A stretch of 63,246 nt of DNA, counting the filler, from Octopus bimaculoides (lineage: Eukaryota), in NCBI RefSeq assembly GCF_001194135.2. It is 5 parts of 5 records of this genome, joined end to end, with 100 filler letters (N's around TTAATTAATTAA, not from the genome) between each part and the next. Parts side by side here need not be neighbours in the genome. Positions count along the whole stretch, not along the records: positions 9,085 to 34,060 come from NC_069010.1; 4 more parts are not named here. One strand, 5' to 3'. Of this stretch, positions 13,370 to 27,087 are shown in pieces. Every line of letters begins with the position of its first letter. Positions within the stretch are counted from its first letter, which is position 1. Both the position numbers and the translations under genes were made by a program. The notes under the pieces were generated by a model. The model worked only from the letters and a program-made list of their open reading frames with translations, searched no databases and was not told the DNA's origin.

Positions 13370-13775
13370 TAGCCCGGCCAGGAACAGCCCTCATCCTACA
13401 CAGGGCACGATCGGTTCAATAATACAACCCAAATAAAACAATCCAGAAACACAAGACAGCCTCTATATAGTAAATGCCCAATAAAAATAAACAACCCCAC
13501 GACATGTACTCTACCGGGTGGATACCCAACAGGAGAACACAACTCACATTACACACACAACACAAACAATAAAACAACAAAAAACCTGCAACCAGACCCC
13601 ATAAAAAAACAGAAACTGATGCAATACAATACCAGGAAGAGTTTGTACTCTAATTGTACCCCCAATAACAAAAAAAGACAGAACACACAATGCTGCACAC
13701 ACACCACACAAACATGGGGGTGTAACAGGCAGAAATCTGCTTGAAACTATCAAATGTCTAATAATAATAATAATA
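13370..13775 (+). mobile_element. 3' end of an R4/Dong-like RLE non-LTR element with (TAA)n tail
   Basis: Similar to 15165-15402 (CCAGGAACAGCCCTCATCCTACACAGGGCAC...GAAACTATCAAATGTC followed by TAA repeats). Confidence 0.65.
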
Positions 13776-14050
13776 AAGCCCTGATGCAGTACCAGAGAGT
13801 GGCTCTCATGGTTTCTGATCTTAACTGATTGGAAGTGTTATCATGTACGTTGTTTTGTCTTGGTATAAAAAGATGGCCTACAGCAAATATTCTGCTCAAT
13901 ACCACAGATTTGCTAATGCCCTGATGCAGTACCAGGCAATGGCTCTCATGGCTTCTGATCTTAACTGATTGGAGGTGTTATCATGTACATTGTTTTTGTC
14001 TTGGTATGAAAGATGGGCTACAGCAAATATTCTGCTCAATACCACAGACT
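13776..14050. repeat. Tandem pair of about 140-bp units running into a gap
   Basis: GCCCTGATGCAGTACCAG...CTCAATACCACAGA occurs twice in succession with a few substitutions. Confidence 0.8.
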
Positions 14051-14759
14051 NNNNNNNNNNNNNNNNNNNNNNNNNNNNNNNNNNNNNNNNNNNNNNNNNN
14101 NNNNNNNNNNNNNNNNNNNNNNNNNNNNNNNNNNNNNNNNNNNNNNNNNNNNNNNNNNNNNNNNNNNNNNNNNNNNNNNNNNNNNNNNNNNNNNNNNNNN
14201 NNNNNNNNNNNNNNNNNNNNNNNNNNNNNNNNNNNNNNNNNNNNNNNNNNNNNNNNNNNNNNNNNNNNNNNNNNNNNNNNNNNNNNNNNNNNNNNNNNNN
14301 NNNNNNNNNNNNNNNNNNNNNNNNNNNNNNNNNNNNNNNNNNNNNNNNNNNNNNNNNNNNNNNNNNNNNNNNNNNNNNNNNNNNNNNNNNNNNNNNNNNN
14401 NNNNNNNNNNNNNNNNNNNNNNNNNNNNNNNNNNNNNNNNNNNNNNNNNNNNNNNNNNNNNNNNNNNNNNNNNNNNNNNNNNNNNNNNNNNNNNNNNNNN
14501 NNNNNNNNNNNNNNNNNNNNNNNNNNNNNNNNNNNNNNNNNNNNNNNNNNNNNNATTAACTACTGTAATAAACACATTTTTACGTGTTTATTACAGTAGT
14601 TAACGTGAGGCATTCTTGTATAGTTATGCCCTTATATATATATAGTTTTAGGGAAAATAAAGCTCAATTTAATTTTAATTTCTTATAAATTGATTTTAAT
14701 TGAGTTTTTACCTGTAATTTTGGATTTTGTCCCTAATATTATATATATATATACAGACA

Positions 14760-15402
14760 TGACCAAGTAAGTAGTTATATCCACTGGACAATATGCCAAC
14801 ACTACAACATAAAAATTAACAAGAAATGGTATAAACATGTGCCAAACAAGGTATATGACAATGACCGGGCCACGATCATCTGGCATGTGCCTGTTCAAAC
14901 TGACAAAGAAGTCAAAGCTAATCACTCAGACTTAATAATCAACGAGGGCAAAAGATAAACACTTACTGACAGACCAAAAGCAGTCCCTGCTGACCAAAAT
15001 ACAGCCCAAAAGGAAGTGGAGAAATTGTCAAAGTACAAAGACCTCAAAATTGAAGAGTCCAAGATGTGCGGGGAGTATGAAGGTGAAAACAATACCAGTA
15101 ATAACTGGGGCATTGGGTATGATAAAAAAACAAAAAACATAGAGGCTCGACCTGAACACTTGACAGCCCTGCCAGGAACAGCCCTCATCCTACACAGGGC
15201 ACTATCGGTTCAATAATACAACCCAAATAAAACAATACAATACGAGGAAGAGTTTGTACTCTAATTGTACCCCCAATAACAAAAAAAAAAAACAGAACAC
15301 ACAATGCTGCACACACCCCCCACAAACACGGGGGTGTAGCAGGTGATGCATTAGAAATCTGCCTGAAACTATCAAATGTCTAATAATAATAATAATAATA
15401 AT
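14760..15402 (+). mobile_element. R4/Dong-like RLE non-LTR retrotransposon 3' fragment
   Basis: NDRATIIWHVPVQTDKEVKANHSDLII, EKLSKYKDLKIE and TALILHRALS resemble the restriction-like endonuclease C-terminus. Ends in (TAA)n. Confidence 0.75.
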
Positions 15403-18400
15403 TCTTTTATTCTTCTACTTGTTTCAGTCATTTGACTGCGGCCATGCTGGGGCACCGCCTTTTAGTCGAGCAAATCGACCCCAGGACTTATTCTTTGTAA
15501 GCCTAGTACCTATTCTATCGGTTTCTTTTTTGCTGAACCGCTAACTTACGGNNNNNNNNNNNNNNNNNNNNNNNNNNNNNNNNNNNNNNNNNNNNNNNNN
15601 NNNNNNNNNNNNNNNNNNNNNNNNNNNNNNNNNNNNNNNNNNNNNNNNNNNNNNNNNNNNNNNNNNNNNNNNNNNNNNNNNNNNNNNNNNNNNNNNNNNN
15701 NNNNNNNNNNNNNNNNNNNNNNNNNNNNNNNNNNNNNNNNNNNNNNNNNNNNNNNNNNNNNNNNNNNNNNNNNNNNNNNNNNNNNNNNNNNNNNNNNNNN
15801 NNNNNNNNNNNNNNNNNNNNNNNNNNNNNNNNNNNNNNNNNNNNNNNNNNNNNNNNNNNNNNNNNNNNNNNNNNNNNNNNNNNNNNNNNNNNNNNNNNNN
15901 NNNNNNNNNNNNNNNNNNNNNNNNNNNNNNNNNNNNNNNNNNNNNNNNNNNNNNNNNNNNNNNNNNNNNNNNNNNNNNNNNNNNNNNNNNNNNNNNNNNN
16001 NNNNNNNNNNNNNNNNNNNNNNNNNNNNNNNNNNNNNNNNNNNNNNNNNNNNNNNNNNNNNNNNNNNNNNNNNNNNNNNNNNNNNNNNNNNNNNNNNNNN
16101 NNNNNNNNNNNNNNNNNNNNNNNNNNNNNNNNNNNNNNNNNNNNNNNNNNNNNNNNNNNNNNNNNNNNNNNNNNNNNNNNNNNNNNNNNNNNNNNNNNNN
16201 NNNNNNNNNNNNNNNNNNNNNNNNNNNNNNNNNNNNNNNNNNNNNNNNNNNNNNNNNNNNNNNNNNNNNNNNNNNNNNNNNNNNNNNNNNNNNNNNNNNN
16301 NNNNNNNNNNNNNNNNNNNNNNNNNNNNNNNNNNNNNNNNNNNNNNNNNNNNNNNNNNNNNNNNNNNNNNNNNNNNNNNNNNNNNNNNNNNNNNNNNNNN
16401 NNNNNNNNNNNNNNNNNNCCAAAGCAGGTGATAAAAAACACACACACACACACACGCACACACACACAGAGAAAAAAAAAACAAAAACAAGAACAAAACA
16501 AAACAAAGAACAACCCAACCCTTTCTATTCCGAAAACTGAGACACTTCTTGGCATTTTCAAACAGAGAGGAGAAGCAGTTAGTAAGAGAGGTTTAGGGGC
16601 AGTAGCGGGGCCCAGCGTGTGACTCCTATAGTATGCGCAACTGAAACCCCTAAAAAGGGCATCCTATGGGATAATTTACACAGATAGATAGATTATCAAT
16701 ATACGGTTACCCAACCCCTTTCAGGGGTAGGCGGAGAAAACTACAGAGTTTAGCACTTCTATTGGGATCTTGGTTATCTTTATCAGAGTTCACTCCCATA
16801 AGGCTGTCTATCAGTCATGTTAATCCTATTAGTCAGCATCCGTGACCAGCAAAGGTCACGGATGCTGACAAACCCTCCCAAACCTTTACTAATTATCAGA
16901 ACACCCACTTTAATATAAATCATGTAATTAATAACTCGACCAATCAGAGACCTCTAGACAATTCACTTGATAGTCACACAAACATCCATCTTTACATTAT
17001 ACATACATGCATATACATACACACACATATATATACACATACACATGTATACACATACAAATATCCTTCCATTGAAACCAAGACCCACTGGAAGGCATCC
17101 AAAGGAGATCATATGAGGTTGATCACCTCGCTGGAAACAGCAACCAACTCTCCTCAAATCACATGACTATCTTAGAAGAAAAAAAGGAAGGACACGTTAC
17201 AGCAGTGTCCCCGTGATGCGGAGGTGGGGATGGAGGGAGGGAGTCTGCATGAACTGAAATGGGACAACAAATTAATATCATTTAATAAAATCCAAATAGT
17301 TTAATTAAAACTTGTTTTTTTACCCTTCAGCATTTAAATTGGCCATATCCAGCCTATCACACCCAACCTACAACGCCTTCCTAAAAATAAACAATTCAGA
17401 TCAATGAAATTTCAAAGCTACCACACAATGAGTAAAAGGGTTAAGCTTTAACCCCTCAACACCCTAACCTGGATGCCAAGGGGTTCAAGCCGTACTATGG
17501 CACTGGTGTAAAGAAAGACAAATTACAAAGGGAGTGGGGTGGGGCACACTCCATTTTGTCTTCTTAATAGGGAGGAAGTGTAAGATGATGAGCTCGCAGA
17601 ATTGTTAGCATGCTCGGCAAAATGCTTAGCGGCATTTCATCCGTCTTAATGTTATGAGTTCAAATTCCTCTGAAGTTGACTTCGCCTTTCATCCTTTTTG
17701 GGGTTGATGTAATCAATTTACACTCTTGCCCAAAATTGCTGGCCCTGTGCCAAAATTTGAAAGCATTATTACTAAGTGAGAGAGCAGCGCATGCCATCAA
17801 AGTAACACTGGGCTACAAATATATAAAGCTCGGCATACCAATCATGACTACCCCGTCTGATACGGGTGCACCAGGCACATGCATCACAACCATACGTGCA
17901 CGATATGGTGATCTCATATCAAGATAAACAGCGCATGATCTCGCAGGTGGGGGCCCAGTTAGAATTTTCTTCACTGAAAAGGTCCCTGAATAAGACTTAC
18001 TCTTTTAATTGTTTCAGTCATTTGACTGCTGCCATGCTGGAGCACTGCCTTTTAGTCGAGCAACTCGACCCCCAGGACTTATTCTATAGGTCTCTTTTGC
18101 TGAACCGCTAAGTTACGGGGACGTAAACACACCAGCATTGGTTGTCAAGTGATGTTGCGGGGACAAACACAGGCACAAACACATATCTACATATACAACT
18201 TATTCCATATAAAGTATAAGAGAAATTACCCATAACAGTTAACTTCTACATGCTAGAAAACAGCCATAAACGACCGAAAACCACAAAGTTTATATATATA
18301 TATATATNNNNNNNNNNNNNNNNNNNNNNNNNNNNNNNNNNNNNNNNNNNNNNNNNNNNNNNNNNNNNNNNNNNNNNNNNNNNNNNNNNNNNNNNNNNNN

Positions 18401-19464
18401 NNNNNNNNNNNNNNNNNNNNNNNNNNNNNNNNNNNNNNNNNNNNNNNNNNNNNNNNNNNNNNNNNNNNNNNNNNNNNNNNNNNNNNNNNNNNNNNNNNNN
18501 NNNNNNNNNNNNNNNNNNNNNNNNNNNNNNNNNNNNNNNNNNNNNNNNNNNNNNNNNNNNNNNNNNNNNNNNNNNNNNNNNNNNNNNNNNNNNNNNNNNN
18601 NNNNNNNNNNNNNNNNNNNNNNNNNNNNNNNNNNNNNNNNNNNNNNNNNNNNNNNNNNNNNNNNNNNNNNNNNNNNNNNNNNNNNNNNNNNNNNNNNNNN
18701 NNNNNNNNNNNNNNNNNNNNNNNNNNNNNNNNNNNNNNNNNNNNNNNNNNNNNNNNNNNNNNNNNNNNNNNNNNNNNNNNNNNNNNNNNNNNNNNNNNNN
18801 NNNNNNNNNNNNNNNNNNNNNNNNNNNNNNNNNNNNNNNNNNNNNNNNNNNNNNNNNNNNNNNNNNNNNNNNNNNNNNNNNNNNNNNNNNNNNNNNNNNN
18901 NNNNNNNNNNNNNNNNNNNNNNNNNNNNNNNNNNNNNNNNNNNNNNNNNNNNNNNNNNNNNNNNNNNNNNNNNNNNNNNNNNNNNNNNNNNNNNNNNNNN
19001 NNNNNNNNNNNNNNNNNNNNNNNNNNNNNNNNNNNNNNNNNNNNNNNNNNNNNNNNNNNNNNNNNNNNNNNNNNNNNNNNNNNNNNNNNNNNNNNNNNNN
19101 NNNNNNNNNNNNNNNNNNNNNNNNNNNNNNNNNNNNNNNNNNNNNNNNNNNNNNNNNNNNNNNNNNNNNNNNNNNNNNNNNNNNNNNNNNNNNNNNNNNN
19201 NAAAAAAAAAGATTAAAGAAGATCTTTATTTTTTTTTTTTAAAGAAGTGGATTAAGAATAAAACCAGCACTAAAAAAACCCAGCAATGTTAATGGGAAAA
19301 AAAAAAAAAAAAACACCCAACTCCACCAAAACAGCAAAATTTTGTTATGTGTGAAGAGCAACTGCAAAGAAGAGGAGGGTAAGGAGTAGGAAGAGGAGGG
19401 TAAAGGTGGGAGATTAGATGGTTGAGGGAGGAGGAGGAAAGTGGAGGCACGCACTCAAACCTAC

Positions 19465-19896
19465 CTTTCAGCTCATTTTGGTAACACTTAAGACGGTCAG
19501 TATTGTGAGGGTCGACTAGCCAGATATGCATTTTGATAAACGGCTCCCGGCCCTTTATACTTAGCATGTGCCATGGTTTGGGTTTGGATAACAACTCGCT
19601 CACCGAGCCCTGCGACAGGCCGAGGACAGCTTCCCCAAACAGCCGCTGGCCCAGATTGTGAAACTGTAACACCTCTTTCACTCTGCTTGTGACCTCGAGC
19701 GTATCAATTTCGGAGGTCATCGCTGCTATTTCGAACATAGATGAGGGGTAGCCACCGGTTGCGGGACTCGCACTGCGGCTACTACCTGTCGTTCCGCTGC
19801 CAGCCCACGACACCTCATTACTGGCTTTCGTCGGCACGGGAGGCGACTGAAGTTGCCGTCCGACCGAAGCACACTGATGAGTGTCGCTTAGACATT
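19465..19896 (-). CDS. cut: cut exon containing a CUT repeat (CUT3 type); last visible exon
   Basis: 432 nt, phase 1-1, acceptor cgtttttcag, donor GTAGGT. Encodes [82 protein letters not shown]. Confidence 0.96.
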
Positions 19897-21238
19897 CTGA
19901 AAAACGAGGGATATCCATTAGTGCATGACAATCCTCACACTCTCTCTGTATGGATGTGTGTGTCTACGTGTGTGTGTTCTGGTTGGTTAAGTTCTATGTA
20001 TATGTGGGCTATTCATGGATGGCTGTGCGTTTGTCAGTACACAGACAAGTGTATGTCCATGCATGGCACTTTTAAAATATGTTTGTGACATATTTCAAAT
20101 TTGAAAGGCAAAAAAGAGTTTTTTGTTTTGTTTTTCCATGGTAACTACAATGAATTTAATTTCAGAATTTGAAATATCACACAAACATATCTTAATTAAC
20201 CTAAAGTTTGCATACGTATATGTGTGTACATATGTATGTATGTATATATATATATATATATNNNNNNNNNNNNNNNNNNNNNNNNNNNNNNNNNNNNNNN
20301 NNNNNNNNNNNNNNNNNNNNNNNNNNNNNNNNNNNNNNNNNNNNNNNNNNNNNNNNNNNNNNNNNNNNNNNNNNNNNNNNNNNNNNNNNNNNNNNNNNNG
20401 TTTAACATCCGCTTTCCATGCTAGCATGGGTTGGACGATTTGACTGAGGACTGGTGAAACCAGATGGCTACACCAGGCTCCAATCTGATTTGGCAGAGTT
20501 TCTACAGCTGGGTGCCCTTCCTAACGCCAATATATATATATATAGTTTGACTTTAGAGTCCCTCTTAGCGTGAGGCATTTATGAATAGTAATGCCCTTAT
20601 ATAAATAAATATATTCATTGGGAATAAATGATGCATTTTTCCCTTATGAGGTTTTTTCACGCTAACTACTTGATAAATTCTTATAAAGATTTTATCCTAT
20701 ACTTGAATTATATATATATATATTTAAATCATAAAAAAGTCAGGAGCTAGGAGAGGTGAATATATTTAACCATTTGTCATCCTTGGGAGTACAGTTGTTT
20801 CACAGCCTTCACGATCTTATAATAATTTCAGAGTATAATAAATTACACTACATGCTTGTACCAACATGGACAACAAATTTATTTTCGTATGTATGTATGT
20901 ATGTATGCATACATGGACAAAGAGAATGTTGAGAAGATGGCGACCCCTGCTGGCGCTGGTGTCACATCAACCTGAGCTTAATAGAAGACATTTGCACAAA
21001 ACCTCTTGGCTATGGCATGCAGTTACTTCTATGAATTTTGACCCATATTAGGGCATATGGTAGTTTTAGCTACAGGTGACTCTCATTCTGGTATCGAGTA
21101 GAACACGTGTGTGTGTATGTGTGTATGTGTCTGCAGTGGTTTTGAAGAGTGCAGCTCTGTTATTTCTCGGTTTGGTGCCAGTGTTTTCCTTTGTGGTTTG
21201 TTCTTGGCGGCTTGGTATACCATGTGGGTATGTGTGTA

Positions 21239-21290
<52 letters not shown>

Positions 21291-21793
21291 NNNNNNNNNN
21301 NNNNNNNNNNNNNNNNNNNNNNNNNNNNNNNNNNNNNNNNNNNNNNNNNNNNNNNNNNNNNNNNNNNNNNNNNNNNNNNNNNNNNNNNNNNNNNNNNNNN
21401 NNNNNNNNNNNNNNNNNNNNNNNNNNNNNNNNNNNNNNNNNNNNNNNNNNNNNNNNNNNNNNNNNNNNNNNNNNNNNNNNNNNNNNNNNNNNNNNNNNNN
21501 NNNNNNNNNNNNNNNNNNNNNNNNNNNNNNNNNNNNNNNNNNNNNNNNNNNNNNNNNNNNNNNNNNNNNNNNNNNNNNNNNNNNNNNNNNNNNNNNNNNN
21601 NNNNNNNNNNNNNNNNNNNNNNNNNNNNNNNNNNNNNNNNNNNNNNNNNNNNNNNNNNNNNNNNNNNNNNNNNNNNNNNNNNNNNNNNNNNNNNNNNNNN
21701 NNNNNNNNNNNNNNNNNNNNNNNNNNNNNNNNNNNNNNNNNNNNNNNNNNNNNNNNNNNNNNNNNNNNNNNNNNNNNNNNNNNNNNNNNNNNN

Positions 21794-21831
<38 letters not shown>

Positions 21832-22032
21832 GTAGGGAGTGCTGCAAAGTTCCTGGCTTTTAGGGTGTGGTGATAGGCCTGGTTGGAGGGCCCAACCTTC
21901 TGAATTCTTTTACAGGGCTTAGGAAAACTGAAGCTGTAATAAGTGTGTGAATCTGAGAGAGGAATATGCTGAATAAAATCACAATTAACTGATCCTCCTG
22001 TATTTTCTGTTACCCAAAACCAGCATCCTTTC

Positions 22033-22099
<67 letters not shown>

Positions 22100-22639
22100 G
22101 GGTGCAATGGGTAAATTGCCACCATTTCGTATTTTTAATTTCACACATGTGCATTGTGCGTTTTCGATTTTGTCAACTACACAGTATAGTAGGGTCAGTT
22201 TGGCACTGCCTGTGAGAAAAAAACACCACCACGATGCAACTAGGCAACAAGAAATTAAGGGGGTGGGGTAGGGAGGAGAAGAAGTATCAATTATAAGCCA
22301 GTCAGTTTTAATGATTTTGTATCCTTTTAATTATGCACCACCGTCTCCATGGAGGGCCAAAATTGGAGTGGCAGCCCCAGGCAGCTGAAGTGCCATAACA
22401 AACTGGAAGGTGGACATTGGCTAAGAGTTAGCCATACTTGAGCCAACTGAGAGAAAGTGAAAGGATAGGGGTGGGGGCGAACTAAGAGGGACCCAAATCT
22501 TGGGTTTGGATGAGGATGCCAATCCTCCCTGGACACACACTGCCAAAAAATCTTGGAGTAAGTATTGAAGCCACAGCACAAACAGGATGGGAATATACCA
22601 CTTTGGTGCAGGGAGGTTAGCATAGCCACTAATCAGTGT

Positions 22640-22835
22640 GGGTATAGGTTGATCACAACCATTGTAGGGGACACAGGTTGGTTATTACCACTGTCTAATG
22701 TAGGGGGATATAGGTTGGTTACTACCACTGTACAGTGTAGGCAGTAAAAGTTGGTCACAACCACTGTACAGTGTAGGGGGTACAGCTTGGTTACAACCAC
22801 TGAATGGTGGAGGAGTATATAGGTTGGTTACTTTG
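22640..22835. repeat. Degenerate minisatellite of about 35-40 bp
   Basis: Recurrent unit like TATAGGTTGGTTAC(T/A)ACCACTGTACAGTGTAGGGGG, about 5 copies. Confidence 0.7.
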
Positions 22836-23129
22836 CTGTGATGGATATTTTGAAGTATAATATTTGTAGAATATTCAAACAAAAAAAATAAAAAATGTAT
22901 AAAACTGACTGAAAAAAAAAATACCAAAAGTAAAAAAATGGAAAAAACAATAAATTGATAAAAAATTTTTTTTGAAAATAAACTGATGATGATGAGAGAA
23001 AATGAGGAGAATTGTGGATTTGTGAAAAAAATGTTGGTATTTAATTTATGTTGAGGGACTGAGCAGGGATTGAACCTGAAACAGAACGATGTAGAACAGA
23101 AGATGGTTTGTAAAACAAAAGAGAGATAC

Positions 23130-23204
23130 CCGGGATGTACACAGGGTGTGTGTGTAAGATGGTCGGGGGGTGGGTGGGGGTGAAAGGTGTTGTGGGTGTG
23201 GCTG
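23130..23204 (-). CDS. Candidate cassette exon of cut (AATPTTPFTPTHPPTILHTHPVYIP)
   Basis: GC-rich island in an AT-rich intron. Acceptor ccttacccacag, weak donor GTATCT, 75 nt, phase 1-1, in frame between the CUT2 and CUT3 exons. No homology support. Confidence 0.35.
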
Positions 23205-24524
23205 CTGTGGGTAAGGTGTTGGTTTTGCAACAAGGGGGGTGGGGTGGGCCCTGAGTTTGGTCTTGCTGCAGAGCCTTAGGCAAGTGTATTCTGCCATAGG
23301 CTCAGTTTGATTGATGTGGAAACTGTGCCGAAGCCTATTATATATACCTATTATATCCATCCATACCAATACACACACACACATATATATATAGACATAC
23401 ATTTATATATACATACACACATACCTGCATGCTTACTATATATATATATATTTTCATCTTTTGATTTTTAATTCCTTCAGTCCTATGGACTGTGGCCAAG
23501 CTGGGGCACCACCTTGAAGAATTTTTAGTCGAATGTATCAACCCCACTGTTTTGTTTCTTTTCAAGTCTAGTGTTCTTCCCTTTAGTTTCTTTTGAGAAA
23601 CTTCTAAATTATGAGGGACATAAACAAACCTACAACCAATGGTCAAGAGGTAAAGGGAAAGGAATGACAGTCTCACACACACGTGCATGTGCGACAGGCT
23701 TCTGTGCAGTTTCCGTGTACCACCAAATTTACTGATGGCACATTGGTCAGCTCGGGGTTACAACAGAAGACAATTAGCCAAGGTGCCATGCAGTGGGACT
23801 GAACCCAGAACCCTGTAGTTGCAAAATGAGCTTCTTAACTACACAACTATGCCTGCACCTATGTATGAGCACGAGTATGTTCTTTCACTCTTTTACTCGT
23901 TTCAGGCATTTGGCTGCAGCCATGCTGGAGCACCACCTCGAAGGGTTTTCAGTTGAAGATATCAAACCCAGGACTTATTCTTTGTAAGGCTTGTACTTAT
24001 TCTATCAGTCTCCTTTGCCGAACTGCTACATTACAGGGACATAAATGCACCAGCATCGGTTGTCAAGTGATGTTGGGATGGACAAACACAGACACACAAA
24101 TACATACATACACATATATACGATGGGCTTCTTTCAGTTTCCATCAACCAAATCAACTCACAAAGTTTTGGTTGGCCCGAGGCTATAGTAGAGGACACTT
24201 GCCCAAAGTGGTGTATATAATTCACTGATATATATATATAACAGCAGAAGATGTAAACAATGTGGTGAGAAAGCTGGAAAACCTGGGGTTTTAAGAAGAA
24301 GAAAAAAAAATCACTGTGTGATATTTGTTCTACCCAATTAGGCAATCCCTTGCCACTCTCAACAATGTAATGAAGCTATGATTGGCTCATTTGGAATTCA
24401 TAACTGACATATAACAATGTAGGTCTTCACCAAATATGATGTAAAATAAAACAAATCAATAATCAAATAACGAGGAAGGTTAACGATGGGGGTAAAATCA
24501 AGGAGAAGGAATGAGGAGACTCAC

Positions 24525-25614
24525 CAGAAGAACTCGACTCTTGACTCTGTGAATTACTGCGCATGAGTTTGTCTGGTGGGATTCGATATTGTGAAGCAAC
24601 GAGTTTCGGAATTGCCTCTCCATCTTCAAGGAAGATCTGCATTCGAATAAATGGTTCACGACCTTTCTGTGTCAACATGTGCCACGGCTTGGGTCTTGCA
24701 AGTAGATCACTAACGCTACCCTGGGAAAGTCCAAGAACATTCTCACCAAACAGCCTTTGGCTGATCGAGTATTGACTCAGAGTTTCTTTCACCTGTTTCA
24801 CCAGAATATCGGTGTCGATATTGGAATATTTGTCAAATTGTTCTTGAGTTATTGGCGGCAAAACAGCTTTGAGGGGTTTGGTGGATGGCGTGCCAATATG
24901 AGATCGAGTGGTTAACGAATTGGCAATGTTTTGCATTCGCTGCAAAGGTGATAAGCAGTCCGAAGGCAAATAAGAGGAGAATCTCGAAGGCTCATAGCTG
25001 TCCTGGCCATTAAGTCGTGGCCGAACCAGGCAAAAGGCACTTCCTGAATGTCGGGTGCTATCGGCAAATGCTGCTTCCGTTGTTGGTGTCTGTGGCGCGC
25101 TATGGGGTTTACTAAGATCGATTGGACCATTTGTTTGAGACGCATTCTCTTCAGAAGAACTGTCCGGTGGTTCCGTTTTGATGTTCACTTTATCCTGCTG
25201 ATGAAAACTTTCCTGTGACTGTGGCGTGTTCCGGTGAATGTTCTGTGCGATACGAGCAAGCTCCTGTTGGTACATTGTACTCGCTGCCACGTTACCGGCG
25301 CTCTCGGCTGCCTGAGCGAGCTTTGTCAACTCCTCGCGATAGATGCGGGTCACCATTTCTTTGGCAGCCATCTCGCGCTCTTTGGAAGAGGAATTCTGCG
25401 AAGAGATGTTCTTGTGACTGTGTTTGCGCTCGGTTGGGGTACCAGATTCACTGCGACTTCGAGAAGAGTTCACAGAGACAGCTGAAGGACTAGACCGACC
25501 GATTGAGTTCATTGTCGCTGTGCCATTTGTGGAGGTCAATGAACTTTTGGAAGATGACACAGTGTTCTTGGAGTGTTCCTTGTATCCGGCAGAAAGTGGT
25601 ACGGGTGTAGACAC
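24525..25614 (-). CDS. cut: cut large exon containing a CUT repeat (CUT2 type)
   Basis: 1090 nt, phase 0-1, AG acceptor and GTGAGT donor. Encodes [57 protein letters not shown]...[16 protein letters not shown], close to Drosophila Cut repeat 2 (recalled). Confidence 0.96.
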
Positions 25615-25801
25615 CTGAGGAATATGGATAAGAAAAAAATCAAGATTGAGTAACGAAGATGGTGATAATTATGAAAACGATGATGAGGATGGTGATGATG
25701 ATCATGTTGGGAGATGACAGCAATGATTGTAACAACGAAAGAGATGAGAAAACGAGATGGAATTTGGAGAAGAGAAATGGTGAGTGGGTGAGTTGACTTA
25801 C

Positions 25802-25894
25802 CTGCAATGGGTGACTTAAATTTGTGGTCAAGTCATGTACGACGGAAGGTGATCGTTGCTGGCCGGTATGTTGTATACCAGAAAAAGATTTACT
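25802..25894 (-). CDS. cut: cut exon (SKSFSGIQHTGQQRSPSVVHDLTTNLSHPLQ)
   Basis: Acceptor cttcttctcttcatccag, donor GTAAGT, 93 nt, phase 0-0, open frame linking the flanking exons. Confidence 0.75.
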
Positions 25895-26084
25895 CTGGAT
25901 GAAGAGAAGAAGTTTACATTATTCATAGGCATCAGATTGAATTTGTTGAGACAGATCTTCTATGGCTGGATGCCCCCTTTTCTATCTTGCTGACCCAGCA
26001 CCTTTTCCCAATATTAAAAAATAAGGCCAAGGCAACCTCCTTGAGCCCTATGGACTCATAAGGGCCAGTTTCCTAGCTTCCGTG

Positions 26085-26155
<71 letters not shown>

Positions 26156-26971
26156 GATATATAGATATATAGGGCAGGGAATCATCAATTAAAAATTTGT
26201 AGTTTTGGAATCAGTAGTTCTTTGGCTGCTATTTCTGAATTCTCAGTATGTTGGAGAAGCAGGCTACTGCTAATCCCTATATATTTATGATTATATATGT
26301 GGATATATATATATATAGGACCGTCTCAGTTGTCACAGATTTCAGAATCAACTAAGAGTCATTCAAAGCAGCGCCCTAGCATGGGCACAGTCTAATGACT
26401 GGAACAAGAAGAAGATTAAGGATATGTTCAGACTGTCTCCAGAAAACTGGAAATTCCATAAATCTGGGACACTTCAGGCCCCATGCTTGCCAGTAAATTG
26501 GTCAGGTAGTATACTACAAACTTTAAAACAATTGACAATAATACGTAACATTGAGCCATTTGATTCGTTAGTGTCTTTCTACAACTGAGGCCAGTAATTG
26601 TCCTGGAATTGCTGGCCTTTTGCAAAACTTTGAAACCAAATATTTTCACCACTCAAGACAGTGAACTGGCATAAATGTTAGCATGTCGGGCAAAATGCTG
26701 AAAATTATTTCATCTGTTTTTATGTTGGGAATTCAAATTTCCCCTGCGGTCGACTTTCATCCTCTCAGGGTCAACAAAATAAGTACCAGTTGAACACTGG
26801 GGTCGTCGATGTAAGGAACTTACTCTTACTCCCAAAATTGCTGGCCTTGTGCTAACATTCGAAACCGTTTAATTTCCTACACTCGTTTTCAGAGTGCAGC
26901 GTGTGATTATCATCATCATCATCATCATCATCGTTTAACGATGATGATGATGATGATGACGCGACACTTAC

Positions 26972-27087
26972 ATGTTCCGATGACTTCATCTTCATGGCGT
27001 GTTGAGCAGCGCTCAGAATTTGGTTGATGCGTTCTTCCGTTGCGGTATCTTCCCTCTGAGTACTAGTGATCAAACCTTGAGATCCAG
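26972..27087 (-). CDS. cut: cut exon (AGSQGLITSTQREDTATEERINQILSAAQHAMKMKSSEH)
   Basis: Acceptor ttttgtcccgttccag, donor GTAAGT, 116 nt, phase 1-0. EERINQILSAA resembles the post-CUT1 helix of insect Cut (EDRIAHILSEA, recalled). Confidence 0.8.
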
